From an uncultured bacterium (lineage in GTDB: Bacteria; Verrucomicrobiota; Verrucomicrobiia; Limisphaerales; J093): a DNA stretch of 64,000 nt. The stretch spans positions 283,767 to 347,766 of the forward strand of contig CAVTMT010000009.1 of assembly GCA_963735925.1 (NCBI GenBank), given 5' to 3'. This document shows, in pieces, positions 1-7,304 of the stretch (the stretch's first letter is position 1; the number at the start of each line of letters is the position of its first letter). The position numbers were made by a program, and so were the translations under genes. The notes beneath the pieces are model-generated. The model did no database searches. It worked only from the letters and a program-made list of their open reading frames with translations, and was not told the DNA's origin.

Positions 1-1
1 C

Positions 2-904
2 CTCCCGGTATTCGTCGATGTGGCGTCCATCGTCGCCGGCTACTCGATGCAAACGGGGGTCAGTGTCAACGGCACGCTCTCCTCCGATCGAGCGATCCAG
101 GGCAACTACCTCGCGGCGGGCGGACAGGCCGTCTATACCGACCGGCCCACCATCACCTACGTGCCGATGACCGGGGAAAGGTTCCTGCGCGGACTCATCA
201 CGCCGATTGATCCCAAGGCCATCTTCTCCATGCTCCAATCCGGTTACGCGGCGGACTTCATTCTGGGCCTGACGGTCGAGTCCTTGAATGGCGTGCGCAA
301 CCGTTCCGCGACGGCCGCGAGCGTACGCGAGGCCGACCCGGAGTTCCTCCGGGTCATGGAGCTATTGCGCGACGTGCAGGCGGCGGGCGCATTCGGGTTG
401 CGCATGGAGGAGGACAAGGTCAAAGGCACGACGGGCGTGGTGTTTTTCCGACGCGACAATCTACCGCCGGAAACTTTGGAGAAGGCCGCGGAAATTCGCC
501 GGTTGCTCAATCTCTCCCCCACGGGCCAAAAATTCGCGCTCGTCTATTCGCCGGTGCCGGGAGCGGAAGGTGAGTTGGCCGTGAACAGCCGCTCGATGCT
601 GCAAATCATGCAGGCCTTCGCCTCCTTCATCGAAGTGCCGGCGGCGGACTTGCAGGAACAGCGCGCGGTGCCGGGCGCGGGCAACCTGGCCCACGAAGAC
701 GCGCGGCGGGCGGTCAGCATTCGCAGCAGCAAGGAGAAGCCGGCGAACGCCTTCGCCGCCGTGCATTACCGCGACCAGTGGTTTTGGATTGATGACCGCG
801 ACTTGCGATCGAAGCGCGCGCTCACGGCCGTTGTGTTCTTCTTCACCCTGGCAGAAACGGGTGGCACGGAGAAGCTGCCCCTGATCACTATCCCGGCACA
901 ATAG
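2..904 (+). CDS. conserved hypothetical protein, C-terminal part (5' end lies outside the window)
   Basis: The frame is open from the window edge to TAG 902-904. Third codon positions are G/C-rich. The C-terminal motif YRDQWFWIDDRDLRSKRALTAVVFFFTLAE resembles uncharacterised proteins I recall from other Gram-negatives. No catalytic motif recognised. Confidence 0.6.
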   Translation, partial: LPVFVDVASIVAGYSMQTGVSVNGTLSSDRAIQGNYLAAGGQAVYTDRPTITYVPMTGERFLRGLITPIDPKAIFSMLQSGYAADFILGLTVESLNGVRNRSATAASVREADPEFLRVMELLRDVQAAGAFGLRMEEDKVKGTTGVVFFRRDNLPPETLEKAAEIRRLLNLSPTGQKFALVYSPVPGAEGELAVNSRSMLQIMQAFASFIEVPAADLQEQRAVPGAGNLAHEDARRAVSIRSSKEKPANAFAAVHYRDQWFWIDDRDLRSKRALTAVVFFFTLAETGGTEKLPLITIPAQ

Positions 905-920
905 CCAAACACCCCCTCAC

Positions 921-3701
921 ATGACTACCGAACAGATGCGACTGGAAGAGGTTCGAACGAAGCAGGTCCCGTGGAAGAAATGGGGACCCTACCTGAGCGA
1001 GCGGCAATGGGGAACGGTCCGGGAGGATTACAGCGACAACGGGGACGCCTGGAATTACTTCCCCCACGACCACGCCCGGTCGCGCGCCTACCGCTGGGGC
1101 GAGGACGGCCTCGCCGGCATTTCCGATGACCAACAGCGGCTCTGTTTCGCGCTTGGGTTGTGGAACGGAAAAGACCCAATCCTGAAAGAACGGCTGTTCG
1201 GCCTCACCAACGGCGAAGGCAACCACGGCGAGGATGTGAAGGAATACTATTTTTACCTCGACTCCACGCCGACCCATTCCTACATGAGGTACTTGTACAA
1301 GTACCCCCAGGCGGCGTACCCATACGGCGACCTGGTCGCGACGAACCGTGAGCGGGGTCGGGGGCAGCCGGAATATGAGCTGCTCGATACCGGAGTGTTT
1401 GACCAGGACCGTTATTTCGATGTTTTCGTGGAATACGCCAAGGCGTCTCCCGAGGATTTGCTCGTTCGGATCACTGTGCATAACCGCGGTCCGGAACCGG
1501 CGACGCTCCATCTCCTGCCCACCCTCTGGTTCCGCAACGACTGGTCGTGGGGGGATAATGTGGCCCGCCCAATCCTCCGCCAGGTGGCACAGGACAAGAC
1601 CGGTGCGACCATCGGACTCTCGCATCGAGATCTGGGCGAGCGCTTCTGCTATGCGGAAGGCGCGTCGGCACTTCTCTTCACGGAGAATGAAACCAACACC
1701 CTGCGGCTGTTCGGCACGGCCAATCCGTCCCCTTACGTCAAGGACGGAATCAACGACTTCCTCGTTCACGGCAAACGGGAAGCGGTGAATTCAGAGCGGG
1801 AGGGGACCAAAGTCGCGGTCCATTACCCGCTGACGATCGCCGCCGGCGAATCGCGCACGATTCGCCTGCGATTGTGCGACCCGCCGATCGAGAGTTCCAA
1901 GCAGGCGCTGGGCGGGCTCTTCGGCCAGGCGTTTGAATCCGTCTTCCAGACCCGGCTTCAGGAAGCGGATGCGTTTTATGCGGCGGTCATTCCTCCTGCG
2001 TTGGACGCGGACGCGGCGAGCGTCATGCGGCAGGCCCTGGCGGGAATGCTCTGGTCCAAGCAGTTCTATTTCTATGACGTTGGCCGCTGGCTCAAACAAC
2101 ACGGCCTTCATCCCTACCGAGGGCATCCGGGCGCCGTCCGCAACGACCGCTGGGGACACATGGTCAATGCGGATGTGATCTCGATGCCGGACAAATGGGA
2201 ATATCCCTGGTACGCCGCCTGGGACCTGGCCTTTCACGTCACGGCGCTGACGCTGGTCGATCCCGACTTCGGCAAGGAGCAGTTGGAACTCGTTCTGAGG
2301 TCTCGCTACCTCCACCCCAGCGGCCAGATTCCCGCCTACGAGTGGAACTTCGGGGACGTGAATCCTCCCGTTCATGCCTGGTCCACGATCTTCACCTACT
2401 TGACGGAGAAGGCGAAGCGGGGGCAGGGCGACCTCGCCTGGCTGGAGCGCTGTTTTCACAAGTTGCTGCTCAACTTCACCTGGTGGGTCAACCGCAAAGA
2501 CCGGGCCGGCAACAATGCCTTCGAGGGGGGATTCCTGGGGTTGGACAACATTGGGGTCTTCGACCGTTCCTCGCCCCTGCCGACGGGAGGCCATCTGGAA
2601 CAGGCCGACGGCACCGCCTGGATGGCCTTGTTCTGCCAGAACATGCTGGAGATCGGCGCCGAGCTGGCCGTGGCCAATCCAGCCTACCTCAGCCTGACCC
2701 TGAAATTCCTCGAACATTTTCTCATGATCGCTTCGGGGATGATCCGGCCGGGTGAGGAAGGCGGGATGTGGGATGAGCAGGACGGCTTCTTTTACGATGT
2801 GTTGCGCTCGCCGGACGGGCGGTCCGAACGACTGAAGGTGCGTTCGATGGTCGGGCTGCTGCCCCTTTGCGCCGTGACCATTTTCGAAGGGAAGATAGCT
2901 GCGAAATACCCCGAGGTCGGCGCGAAGGCCCGCGCGTATTTGAACGCGCGCCCGGAATTGATGGCCTTCATCCATGACCCGTTGAAGCCCGGCCACAACG
3001 GCCGCTTCCTGGGATCAATCCTGAATGAAACCAATCTCCGCCGGGTGCTGATGGTCATGCTGGATGAAAATGAATTCTTCAGCCCCTTCGGCATTCGAGC
3101 CCTCTCGCGCATTCACCACGACCACCCCTATGGCTATCGGGCGGGCGGCCAGGAATATCGCGTATCCTATCTGCCCGGGGATTCGGATAGCGGCATGTTT
3201 GGCGGCAACTCCAACTGGCGCGGCCCGATCTGGATGCCGGTCAACATGCTGATTCTGCGGGCCCTGCTGCAGTACCACCTCTATTACGGGACTTCATTCA
3301 ACATCGAATGCCCCACGGGATCAGGGAAACAGATGAACCTCTACCAGGTGGCTGAGGAGATCGGGCGCCGCCTGTCCAGCATCTTCCTGAAGGATGAGCA
3401 TGGGAAACGGCCCGTGCATGGAACATCCACCAAATTCCAGGAGGATTCCCACTGGCGGGATTACCCGTTGTTCTATGAATACTTCCACGGGGACACCGGC
3501 GCGGGAGTAGGCGCTAGCCACCAGACGGGATGGACCGGAGCCATCGCCCGGATCATGCACCTTTTTGCTTCCTTGGATGCGCAGAAGATCCTCCTGCAGA
3601 AGAAGGACAAATCGGTGGGTCCCGCCCCCGAGCCGGGAAGCAAGCGACGACGAAAACCTTTTATCCAAGTTGAGCCAGGAAAGAAAAGAAACCCCAAATG
3701 A
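921..3701 (+). CDS. GH63-like glucosidase (MGH1-like glycoside hydrolase)
   Basis: 926 aa ORF. N-terminal WKKWGPYLSERQWGTVREDYS..GDAWNYFPHDHARSRAYRWGEDG and the central WEYPWYAAWDLAFH block are as I recall for bacterial GH63/mannosylglycerate-hydrolase-type glucosidases. Confidence 0.85.
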   Translation: MTTEQMRLEEVRTKQVPWKKWGPYLSERQWGTVREDYSDNGDAWNYFPHDHARSRAYRWGEDGLAGISDDQQRLCFALGLWNGKDPILKERLFGLTNGEGNHGEDVKEYYFYLDSTPTHSYMRYLYKYPQAAYPYGDLVATNRERGRGQPEYELLDTGVFDQDRYFDVFVEYAKASPEDLLVRITVHNRGPEPATLHLLPTLWFRNDWSWGDNVARPILRQVAQDKTGATIGLSHRDLGERFCYAEGASALLFTENETNTLRLFGTANPSPYVKDGINDFLVHGKREAVNSEREGTKVAVHYPLTIAAGESRTIRLRLCDPPIESSKQALGGLFGQAFESVFQTRLQEADAFYAAVIPPALDADAASVMRQALAGMLWSKQFYFYDVGRWLKQHGLHPYRGHPGAVRNDRWGHMVNADVISMPDKWEYPWYAAWDLAFHVTALTLVDPDFGKEQLELVLRSRYLHPSGQIPAYEWNFGDVNPPVHAWSTIFTYLTEKAKRGQGDLAWLERCFHKLLLNFTWWVNRKDRAGNNAFEGGFLGLDNIGVFDRSSPLPTGGHLEQADGTAWMALFCQNMLEIGAELAVANPAYLSLTLKFLEHFLMIASGMIRPGEEGGMWDEQDGFFYDVLRSPDGRSERLKVRSMVGLLPLCAVTIFEGKIAAKYPEVGAKARAYLNARPELMAFIHDPLKPGHNGRFLGSILNETNLRRVLMVMLDENEFFSPFGIRALSRIHHDHPYGYRAGGQEYRVSYLPGDSDSGMFGGNSNWRGPIWMPVNMLILRALLQYHLYYGTSFNIECPTGSGKQMNLYQVAEEIGRRLSSIFLKDEHGKRPVHGTSTKFQEDSHWRDYPLFYEYFHGDTGAGVGASHQTGWTGAIARIMHLFASLDAQKILLQKKDKSVGPAPEPGSKRRRKPFIQVEPGKKRNPK

Positions 3702-4747
3702 AAGCGATCACCGTTGAACCTAAGCGACCAGGGTCTGCGCGGTTGGAAGACATCCCGGAACCTGACATCCAAAACGGATCCGTGCTGGTGGAGGCGGTTG
3801 CCGTCGGCGTTTGCGGCACCGACGTCGAGATTGCCGACGGCAAGTACGGGTGGGCGCCGCCGGGCCAGACCCGCCTCGTGCTCGGCCATGAATCCCTGGG
3901 CCGAGTCCTCGATCCGGGGCCGACCAGTGGTCTCAGACCCGGCGATCTGGTGGTGGGCATCGTCCGCCGCCCCGATCCCGTTCCCTGCCCGAACTGCGCG
4001 GTGGGCGAGTGGGACATGTGCCGCAACGGTCAGTACACCGAGCGCGGCATCAAGCAAATCCACGGTTTCATGTCGGAGCGCTGGCGCATCGAGCCCGAGT
4101 ACGCCATCAAGATGGACCCCTCTCTGGGGATACTCGGAGTCCTGCTGGAGCCCACCACCGTGGTCGCCAAGGCTTGGGAGCACGTCCTTGAAGTGGGTCG
4201 GCGCGCCTTTTGGGAGCCAAGAACCGTGCTCATAACAGGGGCGGGGCCGATCGGACTGCTCGGCGCCCTGCTCGCCCGGCAGCTCGGCTTGGAGGTTCAC
4301 GTCCTCGCCCGAACCAAGACCGGGCCCAAGCCCGACCTCGTGCGCGCTCTGGGCGCCACCTACCATAGTTGCAGCGTTGCTGAACTAGGGTTTCAGCCGG
4401 ACGTCATCATGGAATGCACCGGGGTGGGGTCAGTCATTGCCGAATCGCTGGTCGCCATCGGGGCGAGTGGTGTCGTGTGTCTTACGGGCGTCGGGCATGG
4501 CGGCACCGTGCCGAAAGTTACCACCGCGGATCTCGCCTCGGCGGTGGTGCTGAAGAACAACGTCATCTTCGGCAGCGTCAACGCCAACAAACGCCATTGG
4601 TACAAGGCTGCGGAAGCCTTGGCCCGCGCGGACCGCGCCTGGTTGGCGCGGCTCATCACCAAACGCGAGCGGCCGGAGGACTTCGCGCAGGCCCTGGTCC
4701 GGAACTCGGAAGACATCAAGGTAGTGCTGCAGTTCTCCGAAGTGTGA
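3698..4747 (+). CDS. zinc-type medium-chain dehydrogenase, glucose 1-dehydrogenase-like
   Basis: Motifs GVCGTDVEI, GHESLG, a Cys-rich structural-Zn loop (CPNCAVGEWDMC) and a Rossmann ITGAGPIGLL. The ATGA start/stop overlap with the upstream glucosidase suggests translational coupling. Confidence 0.85.
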   Translation: MKAITVEPKRPGSARLEDIPEPDIQNGSVLVEAVAVGVCGTDVEIADGKYGWAPPGQTRLVLGHESLGRVLDPGPTSGLRPGDLVVGIVRRPDPVPCPNCAVGEWDMCRNGQYTERGIKQIHGFMSERWRIEPEYAIKMDPSLGILGVLLEPTTVVAKAWEHVLEVGRRAFWEPRTVLITGAGPIGLLGALLARQLGLEVHVLARTKTGPKPDLVRALGATYHSCSVAELGFQPDVIMECTGVGSVIAESLVAIGASGVVCLTGVGHGGTVPKVTTADLASAVVLKNNVIFGSVNANKRHWYKAAEALARADRAWLARLITKRERPEDFAQALVRNSEDIKVVLQFSEV

Positions 4748-4869
4748 GGGAGAAGTGACTGATTCAAGGCTCTCCCTGGCGGCCACTCCTGGTTCGCCCT
4801 TCAGCACCTGGCGGCGGTTGCCCACCGGACTCGGACGGCACTGTAGAAGCAAAGGGGTAGTTCGGAACC

Positions 4870-5157
4870 TCAGTAAGTGCCTGGTTCGACTTCCAAGCAA
4901 GTGTTTCGCAGCGCGATTGCATACTGCAATTGGATAATGGTGGCGTGGAATTGGGCCTTGACCGGTCCATATGGCACCACACCGCAATGGTGCAAGCCGC
5001 TCGCGGGTAATGTATTGTCCTCGTCAGTCTCATCACGTCCAAGCGGGTGTAGATGGCCGAAAACGACTACGGAGAAGACGCCGTCAGTGGCTGACTCTTT
5101 CACGCCAGTCCCGATCAGGGGCGAAATCGGGTCCGCGGCCGTTTCGAATCGTCGCAT
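4870..5157 (-). CDS. orphan ORF in low-GC scar (possibly a gene relic)
   Basis: 95 aa ORF in a visibly less GC-rich stretch with only moderate third-position GC. No family recognised. Confidence 0.25.
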   Translation of the reverse strand: MRRFETAADPISPLIGTGVKESATDGVFSVVVFGHLHPLGRDETDEDNTLPASGLHHCGVVPYGPVKAQFHATIIQLQYAIALRNTCLEVEPGTY

Positions 5158-5296
5158 CTGGCCAACGAACCTCGTTTCCTCCAGTACTGGATTCTGGTGA
5201 TGGCTGCATCTTCAGTTCTCAAATTCCATCCGAGCCCACGAGGTCCATCAATCCTTCACCGAGTGAACGGGACTTCACGTGCACACCCAACCTACA

Positions 5297-5761
5297 TCAC
5301 GGGTCCCGCCAGAGGTTCGTGGTGATCGCCCGTATCCCGCGACCAATGACCGCGGGCGTCAGATCGGGCTGTTGCCAATCCACGGCGGCCAGCGCCTTGC
5401 GTCTTCCTTCCGCCAAGGGCATCCGCCAATCCCCCACGAACATGGACGACAAGTCGCGCTGCGCGGCCAAGCTCGCTGCGAGATACCAGTTCCAGCACTG
5501 CCGAAGGGCGCAATCCCGAGTGTCCGCGGGTGCTTCCGGGCATTCCCGCAAGAACCGGAAGAACCGGCGCAGCCAGGCGTTCCCAACCTGTTCGTGCCAC
5601 AACCTCAGCATCGCCGAAGCGTAAGTCACTGGCTGGTCCAAGGGCTGGATCGGTCCTCCGTCGGCGTTCTTGAGCCGTGGCTGCTTCTCGCTCAGGCCGT
5701 CAGCATTCGTGAAGGTCCGCAGGAGGAGCAAGCACGGTAGGTGTGGCCATCGAAGCAACAT
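5297..5761 (-). CDS. orphan hypothetical protein (start uncertain, may be a truncated gene)
   Basis: 154 aa ORF with strongly G/C-biased third positions and a non-repetitive, Trp/Phe-containing sequence (WHEQVGNAWLRRFFRFLRECP, CWNWYLAASL). No family recognised. Confidence 0.4.
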   Translation of the reverse strand: MLLRWPHLPCLLLLRTFTNADGLSEKQPRLKNADGGPIQPLDQPVTYASAMLRLWHEQVGNAWLRRFFRFLRECPEAPADTRDCALRQCWNWYLAASLAAQRDLSSMFVGDWRMPLAEGRRKALAAVDWQQPDLTPAVIGRGIRAITTNLWRDP

Positions 5762-5893
5762 GATGTCGGGAGGATGCGGATTCCGAGGACGCCCGGCAAA
5801 CCTCCATTTTGCTGGTGCCGCGGCGGGTTCAGACGATGCGCCCCTGCGTTTCGCGAGGCCGAAGTTTGCCAGTCAGGTTCCGGCCGCGAAAGA

Positions 5894-5915
5894 CCGCGCT
5901 GTGTCCGCGCTGTGT
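5894..5915. repeat. perfect tandem duplication, 11 bp x 2 (CCGCGCTGTGT)
   Basis: Read directly: ccgcgctgtgt ccgcgctgtgt followed by ccgg. Confidence 0.9.
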
Positions 5916-5963
5916 CCGGCGACACCGTGGTTGAAACGCACTCGCTCGCCCTGTCCTCTGGGT

Positions 5964-5989
5964 CAGTTGTAACCCGCAGTTGTAACCCG
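5964..5989. repeat. perfect tandem duplication, 13 bp x 2 (CAGTTGTAACCCG); candidate recombinase arm-type sites
   Basis: Read directly. It lies about 130-150 bp from the tRNA breakpoint. A related CTGTAACAC occurs at about 6040. Confidence 0.85.
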
Positions 5990-6023
5990 ATAGCGGTTTT
6001 TCGGGGTTCTTCAGGCACAGTTC

Positions 6024-6037
6024 AGTCCATGTGGACT
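6024..6037. other. 14-bp palindrome AGTCCATGTGGACT
   Basis: Read directly. AGTCCA / TGGACT arms around a TG centre. Confidence 0.8.
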
Positions 6038-6118
6038 CGCTGTAACACAGGTTGATCCAGAGAACGTTGTACGCTTCGGTCCGAGTTGGGGCTAGTGGGG
6101 GAAGCCGCCAGAAACGCA

Positions 6119-6157
6119 TTAGGAAACCGGCGCTCTATCCATTTGAGCTATGGGGGC
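6119..6157 (-). pseudogene. truncated tRNA-Arg(CCU): 5' half only, ending at the anticodon loop
   Basis: The minus strand reads GCCCCCA-TA-GCTC-AAATGGATA-GAGC-G-CCGGT-TTCCTAA. That gives an acceptor strand, a complete D arm, a 5' anticodon stem and a 7-nt loop with CCT. The expected ACCGG closing strand, T arm and TGGGGGC acceptor complement are absent; the sequence continues TGCGTTTCTGG. Confidence 0.7.
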
Positions 6158-6225
6158 AACCATTGGTAACCCATGATTTAATGCGACATCGGAATCCGCC
6201 TACTCTTCGCCTGCAACCCAACTCC

Positions 6226-6460
6226 ATGCCCCAAAAACATGGCGTCGTGAACTCACAAGCCGAATCTGCCACGTCAGAGCAGGCGCGCTTCCGCAAGGTC
6301 GCAGCGTGTCTTTGCCGTCACGGACCATCGGGGAATTACTACGTTTTGGTGAAGCGACGCGGCAAGCAGATTCGCCGCTCGCTCGGAACCAAGGACCAGC
6401 AACTTGCCGTGCGCCGCTGGCGGAGTTCCGTGAAAACGTCGTCCGGCTGGCCGACTTCGG
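6226..6460 (+). pseudogene. tyrosine integrase N-terminal relic with a frameshift
   Basis: MPQKHG..ARFRKVAACLCRHGPSGNYYVLVKRRGKQIRRSLGTKDQQLA continues in another frame as LAEFRENVVRLAD (shift near 6415). The pattern YYxxxKxxGKQIRRSLxTxDxxLAxRRLxEF matches N-terminal arm-binding regions of PVC-type integrases as I recall them. No catalytic domain follows. Confidence 0.5.
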
Positions 6461-6563
6461 GCCCCGCCTCGTGCGCGTCATCTTCCAGCCTTGGGATTCG
6501 GGTTTACGCCGGTGCTGGCCGTCCGTATCGTCCGCGGATTCTCCGGCCCGGAAAGGCAGCGCG

Positions 6564-7304
6564 ATGATCGAAGCGGCGGGACTCACCAAATTATACGGGA
6601 AGTTCGTGGCGGTGGACGATCTGTCGTTCGTCGTGCGACCCGGCGAGGTCATGGGCCTGGTCGGCCCGAACGGCGCCGGCAAGACCACCACGCTGCGCTG
6701 CGTCTCCGGCATCATCCCGCCTGCCCGCGGCTGCGTGCGCGTGTGCGGTCACGATCTCACCACCGCGCCGCTGGCGGCCAAGCAGGAGCTGGCGTACTTC
6801 CCCGACGAGCCGCGACTTTTCGACTATCTCAGCGTCCGCCAACACCTCACCTTCACCGCCCGCCTCTACCACGTCCGCGATCCAGAACCGAAGGCGAAGG
6901 CGTTGTTGGCCGATCTGGAACTGGCCGAGAAGGCGGATAAGCTGCCGGGCGAACTCTCGCGCGGCATGAAGCAGAAACTGGCCATTGCCTGCGGGCTCCT
7001 GCACTCGCCCAAGGTCATCCTGTTCGACGAACCGCTCACCGGCCTGGACCCGCACGGCATCCGGCGGATGAAGGACACCATCCTGCGGCTCGCCCGCGAA
7101 GGCACGGCGATGATCATCAGCTCGCACCTGCTGCATCTCGTCGGCGAAATCTGCTCGCATATCCTGATTCTCAAGCAGGGCCGCAAGATCGTGCATGGCA
7201 CGCTGGCGGAAGTGCGGCAGCGCTTCGCCGAAACCGCGCCGGACGCGAGCCTCGAGGAAGTCTTTTTCCGCGCCACGGCGGGCGAGGAACCGCCGCCGCC
7301 ATGA
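6564..7304 (+). CDS. ABC transporter ATP-binding protein
   Basis: Walker A GPNGAGKTT, signature LSRGMKQK, Walker B ILFDEPLTGLD, H-loop SSHLL. Start chosen at MIEAAGLTKLYG (ATG 6564); the longer ORF from 6306 runs through the integrase relic. Confidence 0.9.
   Translation: MIEAAGLTKLYGKFVAVDDLSFVVRPGEVMGLVGPNGAGKTTTLRCVSGIIPPARGCVRVCGHDLTTAPLAAKQELAYFPDEPRLFDYLSVRQHLTFTARLYHVRDPEPKAKALLADLELAEKADKLPGELSRGMKQKLAIACGLLHSPKVILFDEPLTGLDPHGIRRMKDTILRLAREGTAMIISSHLLHLVGEICSHILILKQGRKIVHGTLAEVRQRFAETAPDASLEEVFFRATAGEEPPPP

Noticed and set aside
4788-4862. T-loop-like GGTTCG motifs (ctcctGGTTCGccc and gcctGGTTCGACttcc) considered as the missing 3' half of the tRNA-Arg.
   Set aside because: They are on the opposite strand to the tRNA fragment, lack complementary T-stem arms and have no acceptor complement. 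They are probably chance matches.
5894-5989. Tandem repeats considered as a mini CRISPR array or minisatellite.
   Set aside because: There are only two adjacent copies each, with no spacers and no cas genes in the window.
5700-6157. The idea that the tRNA-Arg(CCU) is intact but split by a group I intron in the anticodon loop, as known for some bacterial tRNA-Arg(CCU), tRNA-Leu(UAA) and tRNA-Ile genes.
   Set aside because: Scanning by eye the minus-strand continuation down to the dehydrogenase gene, I found no 3' exon: no ACCGG closing strand followed by a T arm and a TGGGGGC acceptor complement. A covariance-model search would settle this.
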